Shown here one piece after another: positions 15,403 through 24,108 of a stretch of 31,090 nt of DNA (the stretch's first letter is position 1; every line of letters begins with the position of its first letter). The position numbers were made by a program, and so were the translations under genes. The stretch lies in the IMG/VR virus record IMGVR_UViG_3300048080_000141, positions 1-31,090 of that record. One strand, written 5' to 3'. Source of the DNA: a virus (Duplodnaviria; Caudoviricetes). The notes beneath the pieces were generated by a model. The model had not been told where the DNA came from, searched no databases, and saw nothing but the letters and a program-made list of their open reading frames with translations.

Positions 15403-18189
15403 ATGGCGAGCCGTAAGCTCACGGTCGAGATCCTCGGCGATTCCCGCTCTCTGGAGCGGGCGTTCTCCCGTGGCTCAAAGGCTGGTCAGCGTTTCAACAT
15501 CGGCATCGGCACGATTGTCAAGAGCGCGCTCGTTTTCGGTGCTGTCGAGCGGGGCATTGACGCCGTGGCGGGCGCTATTCGCTCAGGCGTCTCTGAGTGG
15601 TCGCAGCAGGTCACTGTAGGCGCGCAGACGAACGCCGTCCTGAAATCCACTCAAGGCATCGCCAACGTCACCCGCAAGCAGGTGGACAAGCTCGCCACCT
15701 CCATCGCCCGTTACTCAGGGCGAGACGACGAGGCGGTGAAGTCGAGCGAGAACCTGCTCCTGACCTTCAAGAACGTCCGCAACGAGCTCGGAAAGGGGAA
15801 CAAGGTCTTCGATCGGGCGGCGAAGGCGGCCGTCGATCTTTCGCAGGCGGGGTTCGGCGATCTCAGCGCGACCTCGAAGCAGCTCGGCAAGGCGCTGAAT
15901 GATCCAGTGAAGGGTATGACAGCCCTTGGGCGTGCAGGCGTCACCTTCACCAAGTCGCAGCGTGACACGATCAAGGCGCTCGTCGAGTCCGGCAAGTTGC
16001 TACAGGCGCAGAAACTCATTCTGCGGGAGGTTGAGTCGCAGGTTGGAGGCTCGGCTAAGGCATTCGGGCAGACGCTCCCAGGCCAGCTCGCAAGGCTGCG
16101 TGAGTCGTTCAGGAACGTCTTCGGCGATCTCGTCGGTCAGGTTACCCCGGCGCTTACCGGAGCGCTGGACGCGGTGAACCGCTTCGTGGACGATCTCGGC
16201 AAGGCACGCACCGTGCGGGCCAAGATCCGGCTCGTCTTCGATCGCGTCACCGGGGCAGCCGAGAGCATCGCCGATCGCATCGGGGATGCCGTGGCGGCGA
16301 TCGACTGGGAGGTCGTTTGGTCGAGAGCACAGGGCATCGCGGACGGCCTCCAGAAACGGCTTGAGGAGATCGACTTCGGCTTCGTGGGGAAGCGGATAGG
16401 AGACGGCATCGCGGGTGCCGTGCGGGTCGCGATCCCGGCGGCGAAGGAGCTTGGAGAGCGGATCACCAAGGCTATCCGCGCAATTGACTTCGAAGCGCTA
16501 GGACGTGAGCTGGGGCCAGCCCTTGCGGCGGCCGTTGTAACCGGATTTCTTACTCTCGCCGACCCGGCCTTCTGGATTCGCAATTGGGATCTTGCCCTCG
16601 CCGTGGCGCTTACTGCCGCAGGCGGACCGATCGGCCGCCTCGCGGGGCGTTTCGCCGGTCTTCTCGTCAGCGGCCTTGCTCGCGCGCTTGTCCGTATCTC
16701 ACCTCGTCTGGGAAATGCTTTCCGGGGACTTGCGCTACAGGCCGTGCGCTTTTTCGGCGTGGGGCTTCAGCAGATCGGTCGTGTGCTGGCACCCTTCACT
16801 AACACAGTCTCAAAGGTCTTCGCGCGACTCGGTCGTATCACACGCTTCGTCGTGAAGGTGGTCGGTATCACGGCCGCGATAAATGCGATCATCGACTTCT
16901 CAAAGAAGGTGGGTGATCTGTTCGCTGGTTTGGCGGTAGCAATTATCAATGCCTTTGGCGATGTTCTTATCAAGGGCATGAAGATCATTGCCCTGAAGTC
17001 TGCACTCGCGATAGTTGAGCCGTTCTCGCACCTCCCCGATCGTTTCGGTTCTTGGGCGCGGGATTTGAAAGACAAATGGAACGCGCAACTTCAGCAGATG
17101 GAGATCAACTCGCGCAGGGTTGCAGCCTCAATTCAGCGTTCAATCGACGGGATAGAGGGAAAGACAGTGACGGTCACTATCGAGACGCGGCTGCGAACGA
17201 TCGGGGACGCCGGTGAGCGAGGGGCACGGGCTGGCACCATCCCGACCGCAGCGGCTAAGCAGGCGAAGGCAGTTCAGGACACCGCAGGGGCGATCACGCG
17301 GGATGCGGCGAAGGCCGAGGGTGCGGCATCGAAGGGGGCCAAGGCGGGCGAGAAGATGAGGAAGGCGTTCGAACGGCTCATCGAGAGTCTCACCCTCAAA
17401 CTCGATCGTGCTCAGGTGACAAAGGGCTTCCGCGACGACTTGCGCGTGCTCACTCAGATGGAGACCGCGGTCCGGGAGCGGATCCGCGTCGAGGGAAAGA
17501 CGCTGGACCTGGAGCGCCAGCTGTTCGAGATCCAGCAGCAGCGGGCCGACATTCGCCGACAGCAGCGCGAGGCACTTACAGCACAGCGGCAGGGGCGCCA
17601 GTTCAGGGCTCTCGGTCTCACCGCTACGGGTGCGGAACGCGTCCCGGGTGTCGGCGCGCTCAGGAAGCGTCTCGCAACTCTCCGCGATCAGGTCAAGGGC
17701 ACGTTCCTGGACACGGCCAAGACGAGAACGCAGCTCGACCGCATCGCCAAGGTGCTCTCGGGTCAGTTCGGCAAGGTCGGCCGCGATGTCCGCGCTGCGA
17801 TCTTGCAGATGTTCGCCGACATCTCGGGCGCTCTCAGCGGCGGTGAGGGCGGTGGCCCGTTGACGAAGGCGAAGAAGCTGAACATCAACACCTTGCTTGC
17901 CGGCCTAGGTCTTTCAGAAGACGAGATCCGTGCGCTCCGCTCGCGGCTATCTCAGTTGACGAGCGCAACTCCTGTAACCGGGGCCGGTGGCGGGGGGCGA
18001 GTGGGAGTTCCAGCGGGTGCGGCGAGCTTCGGGGGCGGCCTGGGAGCTGCTCTCATCATCAATGGCGGCTTGCACCTCCACGGCGTTCAGAATGTCAATC
18101 AGCTCGAGGCTGAACTTCAGAAGCGGGCTCGGCGTCGAGGAGGCTCGCGCGGAGGAGTGCGCCCGGGTGGGCGCTCAGGACTCAGCTAG
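15403..18189 (+). CDS. Tape measure protein
   Basis: 928 aa, helical and Ala-rich; LTVEILGD start; QLGKALNDPVKGMTALGRAGVTF motif; central hydrophobic segments. Confidence 0.93.
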   Translation: MASRKLTVEILGDSRSLERAFSRGSKAGQRFNIGIGTIVKSALVFGAVERGIDAVAGAIRSGVSEWSQQVTVGAQTNAVLKSTQGIANVTRKQVDKLATSIARYSGRDDEAVKSSENLLLTFKNVRNELGKGNKVFDRAAKAAVDLSQAGFGDLSATSKQLGKALNDPVKGMTALGRAGVTFTKSQRDTIKALVESGKLLQAQKLILREVESQVGGSAKAFGQTLPGQLARLRESFRNVFGDLVGQVTPALTGALDAVNRFVDDLGKARTVRAKIRLVFDRVTGAAESIADRIGDAVAAIDWEVVWSRAQGIADGLQKRLEEIDFGFVGKRIGDGIAGAVRVAIPAAKELGERITKAIRAIDFEALGRELGPALAAAVVTGFLTLADPAFWIRNWDLALAVALTAAGGPIGRLAGRFAGLLVSGLARALVRISPRLGNAFRGLALQAVRFFGVGLQQIGRVLAPFTNTVSKVFARLGRITRFVVKVVGITAAINAIIDFSKKVGDLFAGLAVAIINAFGDVLIKGMKIIALKSALAIVEPFSHLPDRFGSWARDLKDKWNAQLQQMEINSRRVAASIQRSIDGIEGKTVTVTIETRLRTIGDAGERGARAGTIPTAAAKQAKAVQDTAGAITRDAAKAEGAASKGAKAGEKMRKAFERLIESLTLKLDRAQVTKGFRDDLRVLTQMETAVRERIRVEGKTLDLERQLFEIQQQRADIRRQQREALTAQRQGRQFRALGLTATGAERVPGVGALRKRLATLRDQVKGTFLDTAKTRTQLDRIAKVLSGQFGKVGRDVRAAILQMFADISGALSGGEGGGPLTKAKKLNINTLLAGLGLSEDEIRALRSRLSQLTSATPVTGAGGGGRVGVPAGAASFGGGLGAALIINGGLHLHGVQNVNQLEAELQKRARRRGGSRGGVRPGGRSGLS

Positions 18190-18197
18190 GAGGCTAG

Positions 18198-18557
18198 ATG
18201 GCACGAGTCATCATCCCAATCACCGAGATCGACCGCGACGGGGTCGCGCAGCCTTCCCAGGTCACGGCGGATGCTACGAACGACCACTACTTCACGGGCA
18301 ACGACGGCAAGGTGCTGCTCGAGATCGTCTCGACTGATGGCAGCCCGCAGACGGTCGAGATCGTGGCGGGCCCTTCTTTCACGGCTGACGGTCTGACGGT
18401 CAACAACCTCTCCATCGCCGTCGCCGCTGGCGCCGCGATTTACGCTGGCCCGTTCCGCGTTACGACGTTCAGGCAGAACGCGGCGAACGATGTGTACGTC
18501 AACCCGTCCGTCTCGACGACGCTCAAGTTCCGGGCATATCGGTTGCCCGCCCCGTAG
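18198..18557 (+). CDS. Small tail-associated structural protein
   Basis: AGGAGG RBS; ADATND..F..NDGKVLL...AGPF beta-sandwich-like pattern. Confidence 0.6.
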   Translation: MARVIIPITEIDRDGVAQPSQVTADATNDHYFTGNDGKVLLEIVSTDGSPQTVEIVAGPSFTADGLTVNNLSIAVAAGAAIYAGPFRVTTFRQNAANDVYVNPSVSTTLKFRAYRLPAP

Positions 18558-19904
18558 ATGGCTTCGGACTGGGAGGGCGTGAGCATCGCGCCCGGATACA
18601 CGATGTTCGAGCCTGAGCCTGCCTGGACGCGACTGGACGATGATCCAGGCTTCGTGGCCCAGATTCAGATAGACCGTGGGCGCCAGGACGAGTTCGAACA
18701 GACATCTGCCGGCACGGCTGAGATCGACCTGAACGACACAGGCCAACTCGATCAGACGATCACTGCGGACTTGAGCGGACGACCGGGAGCGATCGCCATT
18801 CGCAACCCGGTCACCGATGAGTGGTTTCCGCTCTTCCGGGGTAGCGTGGACGACTATCAATACGACCTCGCGGGCTCACAGGTCGTCGGTCGCGCCTCTC
18901 TGAAGCTCGTGGACATGCAGGGCTACCTCGAGCAGTTCAAGCTCTTCGCGACCGGGGGACCTCCCGGCGATCCTCCCCCAGCGCAGTCAGCGGGGTACAT
19001 CTTCTACGAGGACACGGTCTCGGATGGCTTTCAGACGCGGATCGTGCAAGCGCTCACGGACGCGGGGATTCCGAGCGGTCTCATGTCCATCTTCACGGGA
19101 AACATCAACATGCAGGAATCGGTCTACTCACCGGGAGAGTCGATTCTCACCGTCATCATCGACGCCGCCGACGCCGAGTTTCCGACCGTCGCGAACTTCT
19201 ACGTGGACAAGCGCGGGATCTTCCAGGCGCACGGCCGTTATGCGCGTTTTGATCCCGACACGGTCTCCGCTTCGGCCTCTAACTGGGAGTTCAACCGCTG
19301 GAAGGCGGGGGACGGCGCGGCGATTCAGCTCGACTCCGAGCGCGCGCAGATCAGGCCCCCCTACGGCTACCGTCGCTCGCCTGCCTTCATCCGCAACCAT
19401 GCGCTCAGCTACCCGAAGCCCTACCCGCCCGTCGTGCCGGCGACAAATATGACAGCGCAGCTCAAGGAAGATACGACATCCCGAGACACCTTCGGCACCT
19501 ACTCCTGGTCGGCCGAGAATCTCAAGCTCACGGAAGGCACGACGACCGGGAATAACGCCAATGTTGAGTGTCAGCTGTACGCGCAGTACATCGTTGACAA
19601 CTACGCCGAGCCGCGTAACCGCATTCCGCAACTGACCTTCCGTTCTCTACACCCGGAGGATCCGCGCGCAGCCGCGAACTGGGATCTCATCTGCCGCGTC
19701 GACATCTCGGATGTCATCGACGTCGCGATCGGGCATCCCGGTGGCGGCGGCTTCTCGGAGGAGTTCTACGTCGAGGGCCTTCACTACCTGATCCGCCCGC
19801 TGGTCAAGGATCTGGACACGGGGTATCCGGCCGTGACGCTGACGGTTGACCTCTCTCCGGCCGCGTACTGGTCGTCCAACCCCTTCGGTGCGGTGCCGAC
19901 GTAG
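18558..19904 (+). CDS. Minor tail protein (hub/baseplate-like)
   Basis: IDRGRQDEFEQ.SAGTA.IDL.D, LFRG.VD, FYVDKRG, FYVEGLHY; located after the tape measure gene. Confidence 0.75.
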   Translation: MASDWEGVSIAPGYTMFEPEPAWTRLDDDPGFVAQIQIDRGRQDEFEQTSAGTAEIDLNDTGQLDQTITADLSGRPGAIAIRNPVTDEWFPLFRGSVDDYQYDLAGSQVVGRASLKLVDMQGYLEQFKLFATGGPPGDPPPAQSAGYIFYEDTVSDGFQTRIVQALTDAGIPSGLMSIFTGNINMQESVYSPGESILTVIIDAADAEFPTVANFYVDKRGIFQAHGRYARFDPDTVSASASNWEFNRWKAGDGAAIQLDSERAQIRPPYGYRRSPAFIRNHALSYPKPYPPVVPATNMTAQLKEDTTSRDTFGTYSWSAENLKLTEGTTTGNNANVECQLYAQYIVDNYAEPRNRIPQLTFRSLHPEDPRAAANWDLICRVDISDVIDVAIGHPGGGGFSEEFYVEGLHYLIRPLVKDLDTGYPAVTLTVDLSPAAYWSSNPFGAVPT

Positions 19905-20330
19905 ATGGCCCTCCTTCCTCTTCACGCTCGCGATCACTTGCGAGGCGGGCCGGATCCGATCCGTGTGGCGTATATGCACATCAAGGTCATCTCGGACGTG
20001 CAGGTCTTGGAGACGGGCGACGGGAAGTTCATCTTCGCGGTCTCGGACGACATGGATGGAATGGTTCTCGTAGACGCGGACGCCTACGTCACGACCGTCT
20101 CCAGCTCAGGCTTGCCCACGATCCAGCTTCGCAACATCACTCAGGCCGTGGACATGCTCTCGACCCGTATCACGATCAACGTCAGCCAGTTCACGTCCTA
20201 CACCGCCACAACACCCCCTGTCATTGATGCTGCGAACGATGACGTGGCGATCGCCGATCGAATCGCGATCGATGTAGACGTGGCGGGCACGGGGGCGAAG
20301 GGACTTGGTCTATGGCTGGAGTGGCGCTAG
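19905..20330 (+). CDS. Tail fibre-associated protein
   Basis: HARDH..GGPDPI N-terminal motif; DRIAIDVDVAGTGAKGL C-terminus. Confidence 0.6.
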   Translation: MALLPLHARDHLRGGPDPIRVAYMHIKVISDVQVLETGDGKFIFAVSDDMDGMVLVDADAYVTTVSSSGLPTIQLRNITQAVDMLSTRITINVSQFTSYTATTPPVIDAANDDVAIADRIAIDVDVAGTGAKGLGLWLEWR

Positions 20331-21650
20331 ATGGCACTCCCGACCTTGGTGGCGGTGGGAGCGGCAGCGGCGGGGACGGCAAGCGCCACCCCGGGCGTCC
20401 CTGCGGGCGTGCAGGAGAATGACATCCTCCTGCTCTACGCGGAGACGGACGACCATGAAGTGAACGCGGCGGGTTACCTGGAGGCTGCCACGGCAGGAGT
20501 CGGAACTTCGACGAGGCTGACGACCTTCTGGCGACGGGCAGGGGTGAGCGAGGTCACGCACGCGGTGGGCGATGGTCTGTACCTGAACGGAGCCCGCACG
20601 ACGGTGGACAACTGCCTCGTCGTGGGCGGGATCGGGCACGGGAGAGATGTGGCCGGGGCGACCTTCTCCGGCTGGACGAACGTTGATCTCGCGAACGTGA
20701 CGGAGCGGTTTGACAACGGAACGAGCATCGCGACCGGGGGCGGCCTCGGCGTGGTGACGGGCGAGAAGGCATCAGAAGGCGTTTTCCGTGAGACAACCCT
20801 TGTCTCGAGCGTCTCGGACGTGGACTGGGGAGGCTTTCAGATCGCTCTTGCTCCTTCGGGCGTATCGCTTCCGACCTTCGTCGCCGCGGGCGCGCCCGAT
20901 GATTCCTCTGCTGGAGCGGATGCCACGCCCGGCCTCCCCGCGGGCTGGCAAGCAGGCGACATCCATCTGCTCTTCGTGCAGAGCAGCCCCAACCCGGTCA
21001 CCGTCTCCGGATATTCAGAAGTGCCCGGCTCCCCCGTCATCAGAGGGAGCTTCCAGTGGCGGGTGTTCTGGCGGCGGGCGGTTGGCGGAGACGGTGACCC
21101 AACCGTCTCGGGGCCGGCGACCGATCACATGTACGCGGTCATCTGCGGCTTTCGGGATGTGGTGGCGACGGGTGATCCCTGGGACGTCATCTCGCCCGAG
21201 TCCAAAGGAGTAGGCAACGTCTCGGGGCTGGAGCATGTGTTCGCGGTCGTGCTCGCCTTCCGGGGATGTGAGTCGAACGGCGTTCCCTGGAACCTAATCA
21301 CCGCCGATAGCACCGGCGTCGGAACCTCGATCACCCTGACAGGAGGCTCGACCACGATCGACGATTGCCTCGTGGTCGGCGGCTGCTCGCACTCGAATGA
21401 CGTGGCTGGTCCGACGTTCAGCGGATGGACCAATGCGGACCTCGCCAATCTGACCGAGCAGTTCGACGACGGCACGATCACCGGCAACGGCGGAGGCATC
21501 GGGATCGTGACCGGGGAGAAGGCTTTGGCCGGTGCCTTCGGCTCGACGACAGCCACCAACAGCACTACGCTCCCCGCATGGGCTGGCTACCACATCGCGC
21601 TCAAGCCTCCCGCATTCGTGCCGCAGGTGTATCGCTTCGACTTCTTCTAG
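20331..21650 (+). CDS. Putative receptor-binding/tail fibre protein with a duplicated beta domain
   Basis: Two copies of LPT.VA.GA...PG.PAG.Q..DI.LL...FWRRA and CLVVGG...DVAG.TFSGWTN.DLAN.TE.FD.GT...GGG.G.VTGEKA. Confidence 0.65.
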   Translation: MALPTLVAVGAAAAGTASATPGVPAGVQENDILLLYAETDDHEVNAAGYLEAATAGVGTSTRLTTFWRRAGVSEVTHAVGDGLYLNGARTTVDNCLVVGGIGHGRDVAGATFSGWTNVDLANVTERFDNGTSIATGGGLGVVTGEKASEGVFRETTLVSSVSDVDWGGFQIALAPSGVSLPTFVAAGAPDDSSAGADATPGLPAGWQAGDIHLLFVQSSPNPVTVSGYSEVPGSPVIRGSFQWRVFWRRAVGGDGDPTVSGPATDHMYAVICGFRDVVATGDPWDVISPESKGVGNVSGLEHVFAVVLAFRGCESNGVPWNLITADSTGVGTSITLTGGSTTIDDCLVVGGCSHSNDVAGPTFSGWTNADLANLTEQFDDGTITGNGGGIGIVTGEKALAGAFGSTTATNSTTLPAWAGYHIALKPPAFVPQVYRFDFF

Positions 21651-21658
21651 GAGGAACC

Positions 21659-21790
21659 ATGCCCCTGACCGATGAACCGATTACCCCGCAAGCCGAGCCC
21701 GAGGACGAGGACGTCTCGGAAGACGAGCTAGCCACCGACGAGGAACCGGACGAGGAGGAGTCCCTTGTCATCCTTCCAGCTGACGCCTAG
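21659..21790 (+). CDS. 43-aa highly acidic peptide
   Basis: AGGAGG RBS then ATG; MPLTDEPITPQAEPEDEDVSEDELATDEEPDEEESLVILPADA. Confidence 0.55.
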   Translation: MPLTDEPITPQAEPEDEDVSEDELATDEEPDEEESLVILPADA

Positions 21791-22250
21791 GGTCATCGCC
21801 GCGCGGGCCTACGCGCGCAAGCTCGTGCAGGCGGCCGACCGGATCAACTACTCACAGATCCTCTCGCGGCCGATGCAGCTCGGTGGGCTCGGGGACATTC
21901 CTCGCCATGCCGATTGCTCGAGCTCGGTGACGATCATCTACCACGCGGCGGGCCTGAGAGATCCTAACGGGCGCGGCTACGACGGCTACGGGTACACGGG
22001 CACCCTCCTAGCTCATGGCCGTCACGTAACGCGCAACCGGATTCAGCCCCTCGACCTCGTCTTCTACGGCTCATCCTCGGCTCGGCCTGGCTTTCCGGCG
22101 GGAGCGCCGACGCACGTGGCGATGGTCATGGACGGGCAGGGCGCGATCTTCACCTTCGGCTCCGAGCCGGGCCCGGTCTTCCGCCGCATTGACTACCGGA
22201 ACGACCTGCATTCCATCCGTCGTTACATCGGGGATCTGGTCCGCCGATGA
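21765..22250 (+). CDS. NlpC/P60 (C40) cell-wall peptidase, probable endolysin
   Basis: DCSS catalytic Cys, DLVFYG, THVAMV; TTG start after GAGGAG; upstream of membrane proteins. Confidence 0.85.
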   Translation: MSSFQLTPRVIAARAYARKLVQAADRINYSQILSRPMQLGGLGDIPRHADCSSSVTIIYHAAGLRDPNGRGYDGYGYTGTLLAHGRHVTRNRIQPLDLVFYGSSSARPGFPAGAPTHVAMVMDGQGAIFTFGSEPGPVFRRIDYRNDLHSIRRYIGDLVRR

Positions 22251-22314
22251 TGCCGTCCCCTTCGATTCGCCTGAAAGGAAGCCCGCTGATGGCTCGCATC
22301 CGTGATGGCTGAGC

Positions 22315-22479
22315 ATGAGCACCGACTGGAAGATTCTGCGAGACGTGATCCTCGTCGTGCTCGGGTGCTTTCTGCTCGTCCACGAGACGCTCTCCGACGA
22401 GCCGCGCGAACTGATCGTCGCAGCCGCCTTTGGCCTCTTGGGGGTGCCGGTTCTGGCGCGTTTGGAGCGACGAGAATGA
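22315..22479 (+). CDS. 54-aa two-TM membrane protein (lysis-associated); absent from the ORF track
   Basis: MSTDWKILRDVILVVLGCFLLVHETLSDEPRELIVAAAFGLLGVPVLARLERRE. Confidence 0.65.
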   Translation: MSTDWKILRDVILVVLGCFLLVHETLSDEPRELIVAAAFGLLGVPVLARLERRE

Positions 22480-22556
22480 TCCGCCGCTATCCCTTCAGCT
22501 TCACCTACCTGTGCATCGTGCTCAGCATCGGAGCGCTCTGGCAATGGCTAAGCTGA
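22476..22556 (+). CDS. 26-aa single-TM peptide
   Basis: ATGA overlap; MIRRYPFSFTYLCIVLSIGALWQWLS. Confidence 0.45.
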   Translation: MIRRYPFSFTYLCIVLSIGALWQWLS

Positions 22557-22804
22557 GGCGCTTCCTCTCCGACTGGCGCATTTACGCCGCCATCGGCTAC
22601 CTGGCCCTCGCGCTCGGGATCGGGCTTCAGACTCGGCACGCGACCTCGCAGGAACGCGACCTGCTCATCGACTTCGTGTGCGACTCGATCGCAGTCCGGC
22701 TGGAACAAGATGGCCCGGACGCCGCACACTTCGCCGCACACTTCGCCGTCATCATGCGTGAGCACGATGCGCGCTGCTCGCCACCCGTAAAGGGACTGCC
22801 ATGA
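22544..22804 (+). CDS. Single-TM membrane protein (lysis-associated)
   Basis: MAKLRRFLSDWRIYAAIGYLALALGIGL hydrophobic anchor; two Cys in the soluble part. Confidence 0.6.
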   Translation: MAKLRRFLSDWRIYAAIGYLALALGIGLQTRHATSQERDLLIDFVCDSIAVRLEQDGPDAAHFAAHFAVIMREHDARCSPPVKGLP

Positions 22805-22817
22805 GAAAGGAGGGAAC

Positions 22818-23009
22818 ATGATTGCTCTTGTCAGTGCGGCGCTCAAGGCCGTGATCGCAGGCGTGGGGGCGGGTATCGCCTCACTCGTCTCGGCCACGGT
22901 GGACGGCTCCGCCATCTCGACGAACGAATGGCTGGTAGCTGCTGGCGCATTCGTGGGCACGTTCTCGCTTGTCTACATCGTGCCGAACCTGAACAAGCCT
23001 GCCGCCTAA
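22818..23009 (+). CDS. Holin-like protein
   Basis: AAAGGAGG RBS; KAVIAG...DG.IS..EW...VYIVPN pattern of small actinophage-type holins; two TM segments. Confidence 0.7.
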   Translation: MIALVSAALKAVIAGVGAGIASLVSATVDGSAISTNEWLVAAGAFVGTFSLVYIVPNLNKPAA

Positions 23010-23040
23010 AACAAGACGGCCCCTGGGGAGGGCCGTCTTG
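23008..23040. terminator. Intrinsic terminator at the convergence of the two arms
   Basis: 11-bp perfect stem CAAGACGGCCC (23012-23022) / GGGCCGTCTTG (23030-23040); short T-run on the minus strand. Confidence 0.75.
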
Positions 23041-23095
23041 CCAAGAGGGGAGAAACACTCCGCTTCTGAGCTGGAGTGAATACAGTCTATGCCGA

Positions 23096-23404
23096 TTACC
23101 CGTCCATTTCAAGCCCGAGCAGGCGCATCCGCCGCTGGCGCTCGGCACGCAGCTCGGCCTCGTCCTCGGGATGCAGGTAGGACGTCCAGCCGCCGAGCCC
23201 ACGCGAGGAACGACGGCGGCGCGGCCTGAGTTCCGGATGATGCTCCAGACGGTGCCGCTGCGCCTCTGAGCGCGCTTCTAACGCCGTTCCCCGGAAGATC
23301 CAGCCTGGACAGTGCAGACAGCGGGCGACCACGGGTGCGGCGTCCCTGGAGATTTCCTCGCGCTCGCGTGTGGTCGCGCTCAGGTTCGGGATCCGGTTCG
23401 GCAC
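23096..23404 (-). CDS. Hypothetical protein with a CxxC...H...H putative Zn site
   Basis: ARCLHCPGW...QRHRLEHHP; abuts the upstream gene. Confidence 0.6.
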   Translation of the reverse strand: MPNRIPNLSATTREREEISRDAAPVVARCLHCPGWIFRGTALEARSEAQRHRLEHHPELRPRRRRSSRGLGGWTSYLHPEDEAELRAERQRRMRLLGLEMDG

Positions 23405-23701
23405 TTATGTCGTCCTGTTGAGTTTCCTCTCACACGCCTCCCGCGATTCTCGCGTCCGGTGCGGATGAGGGCAAGCCCGTCGTCGGCCCCGCTCGAGCAT
23501 CCGCACTACGACATGCAGCCGCGAGTGATGTCCGGCACAGCAACTCACGGTTCGCGAGTGAGGATCATCAGGATTGACGTGGTGGCGGTGGATGAGCCCG
23601 GTGCACGGCCCGGCGGCCACGCCTAGCAGGAGTTCAACGGCGCAGTAGTCGCGCGGAAGTTCGCGCCAAGCGCGGGTGCTGTAGACGGCGGTATGTGCCA
23701 T
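23405..23701 (-). CDS. HNH-like Cys/His-rich protein
   Basis: YSTRAWREL...C...C...HRHHV...CCAGHH..LH; start taken at ATG 23701. Confidence 0.55.
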   Translation of the reverse strand: MAHTAVYSTRAWRELPRDYCAVELLLGVAAGPCTGLIHRHHVNPDDPHSRTVSCCAGHHSRLHVVVRMLERGRRRACPHPHRTRESREACERKLNRTT

Positions 23702-23744
23702 GAATTGCCACCTGTTACGGAACGGTACCGATTCGAGTCGGATG

Positions 23745-23960
23745 TCACAGATGATGCGCCTCGTCATGGCACGGCCGGCAGAGCCAAGCGAAGTTCTCCG
23801 GCACGTCATCCCCGCCCCGCGAGCGGAAGTTGCGGTGGTGAACCTCCACCCCCGGCCGCCGCTCACAGCGTTCGCACGGCTCCCCCAAGTTGACCAGCCG
23901 GAAGCGGGCGAGGGCCGCCGGATCACGCAGCCTAGGGCCGCGCTTGAAGTCCGAGGGCAT
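23745..23960 (-). CDS. HNH endonuclease
   Basis: CERC...EVHH...RSRGGDD..EN...LCRPCH..AH. Confidence 0.8.
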   Translation of the reverse strand: MPSDFKRGPRLRDPAALARFRLVNLGEPCERCERRPGVEVHHRNFRSRGGDDVPENFAWLCRPCHDEAHHL

Positions 23961-24108
23961 CCCTCGTCCGCTCGATCAGGAGCCAGACGCGGGCCGCCGC
24001 GCACTCGCGGCAGCGGTAGCTCGTCTCGCCCGTGCGCCAGTCGTGGTGCTCGCGGGCCGTGTCTTTGACGAGCAGCGGCAGGCCACAATCGGCACAGGTG
24101 CGCTTCAT
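23932..24108 (-). CDS. Small Zn-ribbon protein
   Basis: MKRTCADCG...YRCRECA; ATGA overlap with the methyltransferase; GGAGG RBS. Confidence 0.6.
   Translation of the reverse strand: MKRTCADCGLPLLVKDTAREHHDWRTGETSYRCRECAAARVWLLIERTRDALGLQARP

Noticed and set aside
20331-21650. DGR VR/TR pair in the duplicated adhesin
   Set aside because: The copies differ at all base types, both are coding and no RT is seen
22730-22760. 12-bp tandem repeat (AAHFAAHFA)
   Set aside because: Only about two copies within a CDS; unremarkable
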